Source: Octopus bimaculoides
Taxonomy: Eukaryota
DNA length: 55,101 nucleotides
Direction: 5' to 3'
Assembly: GCF_001194135.2 (NCBI RefSeq)
Contig: NC_068986.1
Span: forward strand, 48,260,355-48,315,455
Shown: positions 25,081-39,049 of the stretch, piece after piece
Position numbering within the stretch: the stretch's first letter is position 1
Layout of the letters: each line of letters starts with the position of its first letter
Position numbers and translations under genes: made by a program
Notes under the pieces: generated by a model
Database searches by the model: none
The model's input: the letters and a program-made list of their open reading frames with translations, nothing else
What the model was told of the DNA's origin: nothing

Positions 25081-25947
25081 ATCAACATACACACACACAT
25101 GTATTCAAGGCATGGCTATCACGACTTCATTGCAGACTTAAGGTACACTTATCTACATATCTACGGACCGAAGGTCTGTGATTCTTACGTTAGAAAGAAA
25201 AAAATAAAATAAACATAAATAAACAAATAAAATAAAAAAAAGTAAAAATAATAAAACAAGTACAAGCATTGGTAAGTTTGATGACAAGATTGAGCTGTCA
25301 AAGTTAAAACACATAGAGTGAAACGCGTAGAAAGCCCCTCGTTGATTCTTCTTCATGTTATGTTTCGCTTGTACAACTCTGTGACACATTTCGTACAATT
25401 GCTTCTGAATTCTAGTCTTTGAGGAGAAAAACATCGTCGTCATCATCATCATCATTATCATTATCATTATCGTCATCATCAACATCTTGAAGAACAGTAC
25501 CACAGCAGAAGCATCAACACCGGTAACAACGACACCAACAATAAAAATAGCAACAGTATGAAAAACAAACATTCTTTATGATAACATTTGAGTAAAACGA
25601 AAATGAAGCAAAAAAACAAACAAAACAAAACAAAAAAACAAAACAAAAACAAAAAAAATGTGTTTCAGAAGATTATGTGAAGAGATGAAATGCTGGCTTA
25701 AGTGCGAAGTCACACAGCACAACAAACAACACATATACACACACATACACACACAAGCAAATACACACACAAGCGTGCGCACACGGTCACACGTTTGTGT
25801 ATGAATATCTAAACACAGAAGTCAATGTGTGTATATATGTGTGTATACATACATATACGCATACATACATATATATACATATACACACACACACACACTA
25901 TATATATATATATGTATATATGTATATATACATATATACACACATAG

Positions 25948-25983
<36 letters not shown>

Positions 25984-26212
25984 ATTATGTATATATATAT
26001 ATATATATATATATGTAAGGTCCACACGCTGATATACATGTATAGGCCAACCGCCGATTGCCTTTCCAAAAAGAAACTTTATATAATGGGAAACCATTCA
26101 TCTTTAGCTATACTAAAATGTATATTATAATTTTATAATACGACAGCATATAATGGAACGTAATGTATGCAGGTACGTAGATATATTATATATAGGTAGA
26201 TATACATATCAT

Positions 26213-26261
<49 letters not shown>

Positions 26262-26449
26262 ATGATGATGATGGTGGTGAAGCGATTGAACATATGTAGT
26301 CTTAGGTTTCGCTGTCAATATTCATTCAGTTCCTCTTTATCTTTACATATTTATAGAATATTATAAAAACATTAATTTTGGAATATATTAATTTGTTGAA
26401 CTCCCGTTTAGGTGTGGATTTCTTCCATAGAATTTGTGAGTTATTGTCT

Positions 26450-27180
26450 CTTAATTCTCCCAGGTGTTGATTTTGAAGATACTGGTGAAACGCGCTGTCT
26501 TGTTTGAAATTGAGAGAGGATAAAAATGTTGTGTGGTAAGATGAGAGATTAAAATATAATCACTGATGAGAAAGGAACAGTCGTTGAGGAAAAGAAGTTG
26601 GTTTCTGTAAATGCAATAAAGAATTGAAAGACCGTGAACAAATGGAAGACAGCAAAGATGAAAATCGTTAAAAGAAATAACAGATGTCTGTGGTTTCAGT
26701 CGACTGAAGACGATGTTTCCTGTTATATTTGAGCAGTTTTGTTCGTTCCTCATCCACTTTTCTTTCTATCATCCTCATACATAATTTTAGCTGTAAGCAT
26801 ACAGTAAATAATTTCCATTGTGAACACATGAAAAATAGTACAGATCTTTTAATTTCTCTCAAAGAGCCGCCCACCCATAACCGAAACGATCTTCGATGTT
26901 CAAAACACGGTTATTTCAACCATAGATGTTAATCTCAAAAATGTGATAATTTCACAAACCTGCTCAACCATAACTGCAGTATATGCTATTAAATAACCGA
27001 CCGTGCAGACACAGCACAAATACCATTCCACGGACAAAGAACCCTGACGCAACAACCATTGAGGCGATGCGTAAAGCAATCCACAAATGGAAGAACAACA
27101 TTGCTTCGGCTGAAGATTGTCTATCTATCAAGATCTTCAAAATCTGTTGTCATTTTGATACCCTCGCTGTACAATGTGAT
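26450..27180 (+). pseudogene. Decayed non-LTR retrotransposon ORF2 fragment (linker before RT; RTE-like)
   Basis: TIEAMRKAIHKWKNNIASAEDCLSIKIFKI (26983 ORF) resembles the conserved 'aI..lKnnKa.G.D.i..E..K' motif. The left boundary is uncertain. Confidence 0.6.
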
Positions 27181-27752
27181 CATACGGGTTTGAATACACA
27201 CACACACACCTACACACAGACACACACACACACACACCTACACACAGACACACACACACACACACCTACACACAGACACACACACACATCAACACTCAGA
27301 CACACACACCTACACAGACACACACACACACGCACAAATATCGCTGACGTCCTTTAACCAATTTTTATATGCTGGTATTTATAACTTATAGNNNNNNNNN
27401 NNNNNNNNNNNNNNNNNNNNNNNNNNNNNNNNNNNNNNNNNNNNNNNNNNNNNNNNNNNNNNNNNNNNNNNNNNNNNNNNNNNNNNNNNNNNNNNNNNNN
27501 NNNNNNNNNNNNNNNNNNNNNNNNNNNNNNNNNNNNNNNNNNNNNNNNNNNNNNNNNNNNNNNNNNNNNNNNNNNNNNNNNNNNNNNNNNNNNNNNNNNN
27601 NNNNNNNNNNNNNNNNNNNNNNNNNNNNNNNNNNNNNNNNNNNNNNNNNNNNNNNNNNNNNNNNNNNNNNNNNNNNNNNNNNNNNNNNNNNNNNNNNNNN
27701 NNNNNNNNNNNNNNNNNNNNNNNNNNNNNNNNNNNNNNNNNNNNNNNNNNNN

Positions 27753-29135
27753 AAGTTTCATTAGAGGCGATCTGGACATGCTACAGCATCTACTAAAAAC
27801 CACCAACGAAGAAGCACTATTAGACTCCTTTGATGTCATCAACTTCTACACTAACATTCCACATGACTTTTGTCATTGAATCTCTGAAGTTCATCCTACA
27901 AAACAATTACTTCCTATTCGATGAAATATACTTCCGCCAAAAAATGCGGTATTGCGATGGGAACAAAAGCAGCGCCTCTCCTTGCGAACCTAATAATGGG
28001 TTTCTTTGAATCTACCCTATATGAACTTTCACTTCAAAAATTTGGACCCCCATTCCACCAGTGTATAAGAGAAAACTGGAAAAGGTACCTAGACGATTGT
28101 TTTATCATCTGAAATGAAACCTATGATAAACTCCTGGATTTCAAATCTACATTGAACAATATAAACTCCAGTATTCAATTTACACTGGAATATAGCAAGG
28201 AACAGCTCCCATTTCTGGACATTTTCATCATTAAAAGAATCCAACAACCAAATTGCAACTGACGGCTACTACAAACCAACAGACTCAAAAACAGTATCTC
28301 CTTTTCAGTCCATGCCATCCTAAACACACCAAAATAAATATCTCATTCAATCTAGCAAAAAGAATAAATACAATTGTATCTGACACAACTACTCGAGAAC
28401 TTCGCCGACAAGACCTCAAAATAACACTCATTGAACGTCAATACCTACCCGCACTTATAGACCATGGAATTAAACGTGCCAAGAAATTGGACACATACCT
28501 ACTAAGGACAACAAAACAAAACACCAAACTTCACTTTAAATCACTCCGATACATATGAACCCACAACCCCAGAAACAATAAAGCATACAACACAATTATA
28601 CAAGATCTCTCTCTGCTCACTCAAGGCCCGAAAATGAACAACATCCTAAATACATATAAAGTCCTCAAATGCAAAAGACAACACAAATTACTTAAGAGAC
28701 TCCAAACAAATACAGAGTTATGTTGCATAAAGAACAGATTCGTTTTCCTCAATACAGGCAGATAGCCCTGAGTGAACATATTGACAGATGCGCAAGAAAT
28801 AAAACACTGAATTTCCATGTTTTTCCGTTATACCAATGCAAAATCTCAGTCTACTTAAAAGAATGCCTAAACAAGGTAAACCTGGTCATACAAAAGTACA
28901 GACCACACTTTAATATATAAACTTGAACACTTGATCCTTACACATTCCTATTTCAACAATTATACTGAGGTGCTAGTTGCCCCCTTACCACCTGTTTCCT
29001 CCTTTTGTCCATTCTCTAGACTCATCCTTACTTTTCAAGTATCCAAAATAACAAGTCTCCTTTGTCACAAGAAATGATGACTTCACAATGTCCCTTAAAA
29101 AGCTAATTTAAATAGCGAAAACCGGTTGATATCGC
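27753..29135 (+). mobile_element. Penelope-like retroelement 3' portion: RT, thumb, partial GIY-YIG and 3' UTR, decayed
   Basis: SFDVINFYTNIPH; QKCGIAMGTKAAPLLANLIMGFFE; WKRYLDDCFII; QLPFLD; YYKPTDSKQYLLFSPCHPKHTK; C-terminal LSEHIDRC...F.VFPL...P.FN. These are PLE-type motifs, with frameshifts. Confidence 0.92.
29085..29132 (+). ncRNA. Degenerate type I hammerhead-like motif at the PLE 3' end
   Basis: atgtc-c-cttaaaa-a-gcta[atttaaa]tagc-gaaa-accggtt-gatat: stem I atgtc/gatat, stem II gcta/tagc, GAAA, palindromic stem III; the CUGANGA core is mutated. Confidence 0.45.
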
Positions 29136-29305
29136 GTTATCGATAAAATATATATATATATATATATATAAAAAACAAAATTATAAAAATATATCAAATT
29201 AAGTGAAACGAAGGCATTACTCTTCCACTTTTTATATGCTTTCCACATATTTTCAACTCACAATTTTGACACGTGGTGTATACTGATCCTCCAGTATTTT
29301 TGCTC

Positions 29306-29384
<79 letters not shown>

Positions 29385-29583
29385 AGGGGGTGAGTACATA
29401 TACTAACATATATACAGGCACATATATACGTACATACATACTTAGAAGTGTATATAGTCACATCTCCCTATATAACTACAAATTTATCTATCTATCTAGG
29501 TATACAGATGGTTAGATAGATAGATAAATAGATAGATAGACAGAGAGAAACAGACAGATAGGTAAATGGATAGACAAACAAAC

Positions 29584-29621
<38 letters not shown>

Positions 29622-30701
29622 CTAGATAGACAGATGCATGGTATATATAGTGCTGTCGATTACATGGTTACATTAATCTTCAACTCAAATAAATATGTTG
29701 TACAACAATATCAAGTAAGGAGTCCTCTTTTGTTTCATGCTTGTGCGATGTGTGTTTGAGTGTGTTTTTATTGGCGTGAGTATTTATCTTTGGCTATATA
29801 CACATATATACACTTAAAAAAAAAAAATATATATATATATATATACACACACATATATGTTTATTTTTATACGTATGTATGCATGTATATATGCATANNN
29901 NNNNNNNNNNNNNNNNNNNNNNNNNNNNNNNNNNNNNNNNNNNNNNNNNNNNNNNNNNNNNNNNNNNNNNNNNNNNNNNNNNNNNNNNNNNNNNNNNNNN
30001 NNNNNNNNNNNNNNNNNNNNNNNNNNNNNNNNNNNNNNNNNNNNNNNNNNNNNNNNNNNNNNNNNNNNNNNNNNNNNNNNNNNNNNNNNNNNNNNNNNNN
30101 NNNNNNNNNNNNNNNNNNNNNTATATATATATATACACACAAGTGTACGTATATACAGATAGAGTGAGAGGTGGATAGATAGTTATATAGATAGGTCTTT
30201 CTTGCTTTCGATAGAAAAAAAAATCATTTAGAGAAAGACTTAAAAAAAAATATCCGCAAAAATATCAAAACAAAGGAAAGCAGATTAAATATATTTTAAA
30301 CAAAATTTAAATAAAAAAAATTGAAATAAAATACACAGGAAAAATATATATAAACGCTGAATTTGATGTAAATCTATAATTACTGCTGACAGCGACAGAT
30401 GAAAGAATGGTTTTGACAGAAGCAGGGAACCATTCTCCTGGTCATTAATGGTCTACTGAACATTCTTGGTTCTAGATGCTACAACCTTACACTCACATTC
30501 CTTAAACAGCGAACAATCCTGCCTCCGCAAACTACATCATATTCAGTGCACATGTGGAGATACACATACACACGCACGTACATACATACATACATACATA
30601 CATACATACATACATACATGCACACGTACGTAGCTAACTTATACACTGAATGTAAATACGTGTACATTTATGTGTGTATGTATATACGTCTAAGATATAT
30701 G

Positions 30702-30750
<49 letters not shown>

Positions 30751-31078
30751 NNNNNNNNNNNNNNNNNNNNNNNNNNNNNNNNNNNNNNNNNNNNNNNNNN
30801 NNNNNNNNNNNNNNNNNNNNNNNNNNNNNNNNNNNNNNNNNNNNNNNNNNNNNNNNNNNNNNNNNNNNNNNNNNNNNNNNNNNNNNNNNNNNNNNNNNNN
30901 NNNNNNNNNNNNNNNNNNNNNNNNNNNNNNNNNNNNNNNNNNNNNNNNNNNNNNNNNNNNNNNNNNNNNNNNNNNNNNNNNNNNNNNNNNNNNNNNNNNN
31001 NNNNNNNNNNNNNNNNNNNNNNNNNNNNNNNNNNNNNNNNNNNNNNNNNNNNNNNNNNNNNNNNNNNNNNNNNNNNNN

Positions 31079-31148
<70 letters not shown>

Positions 31149-32023
31149 TGTGTGTGTACGCACATGAATTTATGAATGTATGTATTTATATATGCATTCA
31201 TAGCTATTATATATAGTTTATATATATGTGTGCAAGTATATGTACATATACATAAGTGCACTCACGCACACACAAATACACACCTACATGCACACACACA
31301 GAGGCACACACGCGCACACGCATACACACATACACGCACAGACACACATACGCACCCCCCACACATATATGTATACTCCAATGCCTATTCATAATACATA
31401 CGTTCCTAAATACACACACAAATATCTATACACACATACACCTATGAATACAAACATACATACACGTACATATACATATATATATATATACAAACATATA
31501 TACCTGCATGTACATATTTATTTATATACATGAGTGTATTTGTAATATATGAATATACTTCACCTGTTATAAATTTCTATCCACTTCTAAAAATAAATCT
31601 TTTACGTTCGCTTCTCTTTTGTTTCACTTTTTTGTTGTTGTTTGGAATCACACATTCGTCTTCCTCCAACTTCTTTCTCTTCCTCTTCATTATCATCATC
31701 ATCCTCATTACTGCCATTGTCTTGATGTTAACGTGGTAGTGACAACAGTAGTAGTAGTAGTAAGAGTAGTATCAACGGTGTTGTTGTAGTAGAGGCTTTT
31801 CTAGTTGTTGTTGTTGTTCTTCTTCTTCTTCTTTTTCTTTTTCTACTTCTTTCTCCTCCTCCTCCTCCTCCTCCTCCTTCTTCTGTTGTTTTTTTGGTTT
31901 TCAATGTTGGACTCAAATACTTCTGCCCACCAGAGACGCAGGCAGTAGTGATACCGAGAGGTAACATCTATACCCACTTAATGCTGGATGTTCTGTCAGA
32001 ACAAACCACACTGCAGTAGAATG

Positions 32024-32118
32024 TACTGGGGGCGTATTCGTTCGACTAAAAATTCTTCAAGGTGGGCCCCTGCATGGCCGCAGTCTAATGACTAAAATGA
32101 GTAAAAGATATAAAAGAT
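32024..32118 (+). mobile_element. SINE family B 3' end fragment
   Basis: ttcgactaaa...gcatggccgcagtctaatgactaaaatgagtaaaagata. Confidence 0.75.
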
Positions 32119-32369
32119 ATCACTGTGTCGACTTTTTAAGTTCGATCCTGCATATCAAGTCCTCTTCTCAAGAGGGTCTGGTTGGGGTGACGGTTCATTT
32201 GGGCGTTCACATGCCAAATGGTCATGGCGGATGAGGAAATATCTCACAGAAACTGAGACTGGCTGAGATTTTGCTAGGAGGGTTGTCTGGAGTAACCCGA
32301 GCAAATACTGAGAAATGCTGGATGCAGCAACACGCTACAAGGGTACATTCCCCCATATCTGTCCTGACT

Positions 32370-33207
32370 GTGGGGTGTTGTTACACACCGTTGCTCACAA
32401 TGCGCTTCCCCGCATTGTTATAATTTCCGAAAGATGCCATCCTACTGGCTAGGCGGACATGCCAACATCCCTGCAACACTGAACGGGATACAATCTTTTT
32501 TCCCACGTGAGTTCCGGACCTCAGTAATGAACTCATTTGCCTACAGCCAATCAGAGCTCACCTTGACCTTGTTGTCAAGTTAACAAACACACTCTACCAA
32601 GTAAACTCAAGACGAAGAACGGTGTTGCAAGTCGACCGATCGCCAAGTTATGTCTTATTTTAAAAGGAGACAAGTGATTACATAGATTTGCATCTGTACC
32701 TATTATCGGATTTTGTTACGGCCGCATATCGTAAAGATGAGGATGAGGAAAATATGGGTAAAGGGTGATGTGCTAGCAACCCTCTCCCCTTACTGTTTTA
32801 CAAAGTAAACGGCACCACAAATAACTACGCAGAGGCAGCCATGGTTGAGACAAGGACAAGGCCGAAATGCAATCTTAAAACTGAAAAGAAGCATGGTCAT
32901 TTCTTACCCAAGTGACCTTATCTTATCGCTCATTACTTGTAATGTGTTCATAAGTTAGTTTGATAGCTGAGCTCTGATTGGGTGTATGCAAATGAGTTCA
33001 TAACTTGGGTCCGGAACTCTCGTGAGAAAAAATTTCGCAAACGGGACTCCAGTACGTCGAAGGGTTGGTGACACACACCTGAATGGACTGGAGCAACGTG
33101 AAATGAAGTGTTTAAGTCAACAGCATAAAGCACTACCGGTCCGGGTTCGAGACCACGATCTTCCGATCGTGAATGCAACACCTTCACTACTAGCCCACGC
33201 GCCTTCA
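32370..33207 (-). mobile_element. Family D SINE (head 33078-33207, tail about 32370-32488) interrupted by a MITE
   Basis: Head and tail both match the uninterrupted copy at 41697-41941 (ctggagcaacgtgaaatgaagtg; tcacaatgc.ctt..gcatt; ctggctaggcg). Confidence 0.75.
32489..33039. mobile_element. 551-bp MITE with about 72-bp imperfect TIRs and a 7-bp TSD
   Basis: 32489-32560 is the imperfect reverse complement of 32968-33039; aacggga lies immediately outside both ends (32482-32488 and 33040-33046). Confidence 0.8.
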
Positions 33208-33221
33208 GACACACACACACA

Positions 33222-33264
<43 letters not shown>

Positions 33265-34464
33265 ACATACACACACACACAGAGTTGGCTAAAGGTCACC
33301 CGATAGCAAATCAAAATTCCATACATACATAATATTCAATTTTATTTATCCATTCCAATCATGAATGTTCAATAATTGAATGCTGTGGGTTAAAATCACC
33401 GTTGTTTTTTCAACATTTGTCTATTTATTAGCGAAGTTTCATATAAAATAATTTTTTGTTTTAATCGTGGAATTAAATGGATTTGCTTTACTGTCTGGTG
33501 ACTTTTGGCCAACCCTATATTACACACACACACACACACACACCAACACACACACATACACACACACACACAGAGTATATGTGGATGTGTGTGTATGTCT
33601 TTCTCTAAGTGTGTGTATTATGTTGTAATGTATATTACAATATATAATATAAAACATCTACTCTCAAAGGAGAAATTAATAGTCAAGAAAATAACATGAA
33701 CAACTCACATAGCAACAAAAACAACGACAACAAAGACAACAACATCATCATCCTCATCATTATCATCATCAACAACAACAGCAATAATATCTCAGAACCA
33801 GAGACGCTTAAGAAATCAATATGATATATATTTAAATTGGCAATACATATATTTTCGATTCAGTCTAAAATGACTGACATACTGTCAATAAATTTCACAA
33901 TATAGCGATTATCTATTAAAATGATATATACTTGAATATCAGTATGATGGTGACATAATCACATATATGATGATATAATGTGTAATATGAAAGTGACGTA
34001 TATATAAAAGTAATATAAACATGTATAGTCAAGAAGCTTGTTTTGCAGCTACGTGGTTCCGCATTCCGTCTCACAATGTGACACCTTGGGTAACTGTCAC
34101 CCATTCAATGCTGGAATTTGGAAGACGGAAACAGTGCATGATCTCCACGTATGCACACATGTTTATATGAATGCATTTCTGTCTGTTTGTCTGTCCGGCC
34201 GTCCGTCCGTTCGTCCGTTCGTCTATCTATCTGTCTGTCTGTCTGTCTGTCTGTCAGTTTGTCTGTCTATCCGTCTCTCTCTGTCTACCCCTCTCTCTAT
34301 ATATACATGTATATAAATGCATATACGCATTTGTATGCATGTATGCATGTATGTATGCGTGTATGTTTGTATGTACGTATGTATTGTATGTATGTATAAA
34401 TAAATAGATAAATAGATTAGATAGATAGATACATAGAGAGAGAGAGAAAGAGAGAGAGAATGTC

Positions 34465-34625
34465 TCTGTGGCAGACTTCTCAATTTTAACGCAAAATTCA
34501 TGTTAGCGCTTTGTTCCTGTCCATGACAAAATCGCAGATTACAGCATGCACGTGATCACACCGTGTGCCGCCATCTGTTGGCACGCTACAGAACTAGTCT
34601 GGGTACTTTTTGATACGATCTCGTA
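34465..34625 (-). mobile_element. 5' end (TIR plus start) of the same mariner family as 23581-24888
   Basis: Reverse complement tacgagatcgtatcaaaaagtacccagactagttctgtagcgtgccaacagatggc matches the 24830-24888 and 53944-53988 ends. Confidence 0.85.
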
Positions 34626-34769
34626 AACAAATACTGAGTAAGTCTGTATCATGCAGGTGTTTTGTCTTTGTCGAACAGCAATTCGTATAAGAACGATGAG
34701 AATATAAATGAGAAACAGGCATATTTAAAGAATTAAGAATATTCTAATATCTTATGTATCAATAATGTT

Positions 34770-35011
34770 TTAGTAACATCCAGTGAGCAAGGGGAAAACT
34801 TTCTTCAGCCGACCAATGTTCTTGATTTGCAGCACTCGGCAATAGACCCGTTTAATGCATGTTGCAGATCCCCTTTTGATGAGTGAAGTAGTACCATGCT
34901 TTCTGCAAATATCTGCCGACCGTTTCTGCACCCGCGAATTGTAATTCGATTTCCACAACGACTGTGCACGTCAAGCAAGTTTATAAAAGTTATGGAAAGG
35001 TGAGGTGACAA
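34770..35011 (-). pseudogene. RTE-like LINE RT core fragment
   Basis: LSITFINLLD...GRQIFAESMVLLHSSKGDLQHALN resembles 'LLFADD.VLLASS..DLQ.AL'. Confidence 0.75.
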
Positions 35012-35370
35012 TACACATTACTGTCAAAGTCCACCACCGAAAAGCTTACTCCACAAGATGTGAAGATTGGAGATGAGAGAATCACTACAGGTTGAGCCAC
35101 TCCGGGTTGAGCCACTCCGGGTTGAGCCACTCCGGGTTGAGCCACTCCGGGTTGAGCCACTCCGGGTTGAGCCACTCCGGGTTGAGCCACTCCGCGTTGA
35201 GCCACTCAGGGTTGAGCCACTGCTGTGGCAATACAGACATGAGATTAGGAGAATGTCGCAGGAAAACATCGCGACAGATTCTTGAAGCATTCCAAACACC
35301 AGAATACTTTTGCTCATGGGTTTGCTCGATAACGGAAGAACAAGTGTATGATGCAATAGAAGAATCACTA
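35012..35370 (+). pseudogene. RTE-like LINE C-terminal fragment containing a minisatellite expansion
   Basis: EMRESLQVEPLL...RRMS/QE...RQILEA resembles the RTE 'eIR..L.VEPLLL...RM..ER...QIL.A' region. Confidence 0.65.
35090..35224. repeat. 15-bp minisatellite (GGTTGAGCCACTCCG) x9
   Basis: Directly visible; translates as (VEPLR)n. Confidence 0.97.
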
Positions 35371-36224
35371 CCTGGTGCCTGATGTGGTAGAAGTAACAGC
35401 TAAATCTCATTCAAAACAAGAACCAAATGACATTTTCCCAAACAAAAACAAAATGATAAATAAATGTAAATACAAATTTGCATGACATTCTCAGTTGGAT
35501 ATGTGAAAGAAAGAACAGGATAGACACAACAACACCGTCTGCATCGTCAAATATGAACTGTAGTTATACAAAAACGACGAAACAGAAGAACAGCAGCAAC
35601 AGAGAAAGCAGAAACGCACATCAGAGACAAATAAAACTGATTAGCTTCAATTTGCCTTTAACACACACACAGACACACAGACACAGACACACACACCCAT
35701 ACACACACACACATGCATACTCATATGTGTGCATGCATATATAAACACACAGACACCGACATACATACTCACACATAAATGTTTGTATGCATATATAAAC
35801 AGGCACAGACACAGACACACACAGACACAGACACACACAGACACACACAGACACACACAGACACACAGACACACAGACACATACAGACACACAGACACAC
35901 AAACACACACACCACATGACACGACACCACGCCACACACACATTTATATATAATAGGTTAATACAATCCAAAGATTTCTGATGTAGGAAATTTGGAAACT
36001 TCAACTGTGTATACTGCTAGTATAGATGACAGAAGCTGGACAATATACGATAAAAAAACTTCATTAAACAACTTGAAGGTAATACGACCTGAAGATTAGC
36101 TAAGCAGGATTTATATGTGTTACAAGTTATGCAACAAATACAAACATTGTTCTAGCTATGAAACATTTGTAGATATTTACCAATCATGACATTCTCAGAT
36201 TTTATATACTTATGTTTATAGCTA

Positions 36225-36279
<55 letters not shown>

Positions 36280-36351
36280 ATATATATATATATATATGTA
36301 TATATGTGTGTGTATGCACATATATAAACATGCATATATATGAATATTATA

Positions 36352-36403
<52 letters not shown>

Positions 36404-37418
36404 TATGCTCACATACACGTACATACAAACGCATGCAAACGCACAAACACGCACGCACGCACACACACCCAATCACACACACACTCACAATCACATATAC
36501 TTAGTATGTGTGTGTGTGTGTGTGTGTATGGTACCCTATTCAAACGAATTTTCAACACACTTTTCAATTATGGTAAACAGGACAAGACACCCGCAATATG
36601 TGCACGCGTGTGTGTATGTGTGTGTGTGCAAGCGTGTGAGTGTCCTATCTCTCTCTTTGTGCAAATATATAAGTATGTGTGTGTGTTTGTGTGTGTGCGC
36701 GCGCACACACACACATTCATAACACAAAAAGAAAATGAAATATGCAAAATTCACCTCCACCTCCAGCGCACGAAAAGAAATAAGAAACTAACAGGAAGGA
36801 GCGCATCTCGAACTTGCGACCAGTCATGACAGCTGACCTAATTGTTCAGAACGCCATAAGTAACTATGACGTCACTTGGCATGAGAGAAAAAAAATTTAT
36901 AAAATGAACAACCAAAACATAGAGTAAAACACAATAGCAAAAAGAAAGAAAGAAAGAAAAAAGCAAAACACAACAGACGGCAACTCGGCACCGTCGAAGA
37001 CCTCAAAATTGCATGGTTGTCATTTCGACTTCTTCAAAAATTGCATTTTTCTACATTTAACTGCAAGTTGAAGTCAACCATGCAGAAAAGTTGATTAATT
37101 TCAAGTCAAAGTCAACCAAGCGTGAATGTTTTATGAATATATATCGAAGCCACCGTTTTACATCACCTCTGTCATATCATGTGCGTTAAATATGTGTGTG
37201 TGTGTATTAATGTGCAGGCGTGTGTGTGTGTGTGTGTGTGTGAATGAGTGTGTGTATTAATGTAAGTTTTGTTCGTGTGTATGCAAGTATGTATGTCCGT
37301 AGGTATGCATACTGCATATATATCTATATGTATACACACACACAGATATATAATATATATGATATATATATATATTGTATGTATGTGCGCGAGTATGTGT
37401 GTAACTGTATGTGTACAT

Positions 37419-37481
<63 letters not shown>

Positions 37482-38391
37482 NNNNNNNNNNNNNNNNNNN
37501 NNNNNNNNNNNNNNNNNNNNNNNNNNNNNNNNNNNNNNNNNNNNNNNNNNNNNNNNNNNNNNNNNNNNNNNNNNNNNNNNNNNNNNNNNNNNNNNNNNNN
37601 NNNNNNNNNNNNNNNNNNNNNNNNNNNNNNNNNNNNNNNNNNNNNNNNNNNNNNNNNNNNNNNNNNNNNNNNNNNNNNNNNNNNNNNNNNNNNNNNNNNN
37701 NNNNNNNNNNNNNNNNNNNNNNNNNNNNNNNNNNNNNNNNNNNNNNNNNNNNNNNNNNNNNNNNNNNNNNNNNNNNNNNNNNNNNNNNNNNNNNNNNNNN
37801 NNNNNNNNNNNNNNNNNNNNNNNNNNNNNNNNNNNNNNNNNNNNNNNNNNNNNNNNNNNNNNNNNNNNNNNNNNNNNNNNNNNNNNNNNNNNNNNNNNNN
37901 NNNNNNNNNNNNNNNNNNNNNNNNNNNNNNNNNNNNNNNNNNNNNNNNNNNNNNNNNNNNNNNNNNNNNNNNNNNNNNNNNNNNNNNNNNNNNNNNNNNN
38001 NNNNNNNNNNNNNNNNNNNNNNNNNNNNNNNNNNNNNNNNNNNNNNNNNNNNNNNNNNNNNNNNNNNNNNNNNNNNNNNNNNNNNNNNNNNNNNNNNNNN
38101 NNNNNNNNNNNNNNNNNNNNNNNNNNNNNNNNNNNNNNNNNNNNNNNNNNNNNNNNNNNNNNNNNNNNNNNNNNNNNNNNNNNNNNNNNNNNNNNNNNNN
38201 NNNNNNNNNNNNNNNNNNNNNNNNNNNNNNNNNNNNNNNNNNNNNNNNNNNNNNNNNNNNNNNNNNNNNNNNNNNNNNNNNNNNNNNNNNNNNNNNNNNN
38301 NNNNNNNNNNNNNNNNNNNNNNNNNATATATATTCACACAAACATATGTAAATTTATTCATATGTATCTAATATAATGTGCATAAATATGA

Positions 38392-38446
<55 letters not shown>

Positions 38447-38624
38447 TTATCTATATGAATACATGTATACCTAAATCATATAGCAACATACACACACACA
38501 CACGCATACACACATATATATATATGTGTATGTATATATAATACACAGTAGAATATAACCTACATGATGTAGCGAAGTATTTTCTCTCTATTTCTGTCAT
38601 CCTGCCACTTATCTATCTATCTAG

Positions 38625-38687
<63 letters not shown>

Positions 38688-38723
38688 CTGTCTATCTAAC
38701 TTTGTGTCTGTATGTCTATCTTT

Positions 38724-38932
38724 CGAAAATCATTAGCTCGCCGGATAAAATGTTTAGCGGTATTTTGTCCGTCTTTACGTTCTGAGCTCAAATTCCGTCG
38801 TGGTCGTCTTTGTATTTCATCCTTCTGTGATCAACAAAATAAATACCCGTCAAGTACCGATGTCAATCTAATCAACTTCCCCACTCACTTAAAAAATTGC
38901 TGGCCTTGTGCCAAAACGTGAAACCATTATTA
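38724..38932 (+). mobile_element. Family C copy, diverged
   Basis: atgtttagcggtattttgtccgtctttacgttctgagctcaaattcc...ttgctggccttgtgccaaaa. Confidence 0.85.
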
Positions 38933-39049
38933 TTATTACTATTATCTGCTGGAATGTCAGAGTGCATTGTTACATACAAAACTTCGTTAAATGCCAAAAT
39001 ACCGAACACTCGACCCACAGTCACTCAGTATCTTCTGAACATGTATATG

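Noticed and set aside
25275-25335. ttgatga...gaaacgcgta hammerhead-like ends
   Set aside because: The core lacks the first C, the spacer is too long and unpaired, and there is no stem I.
36867-36874. Perfect CRE palindrome TGACGTCA in non-repetitive sequence
   Set aside because: A single 8-mer has a substantial chance of occurring in 55 kb; there is no promoter evidence.
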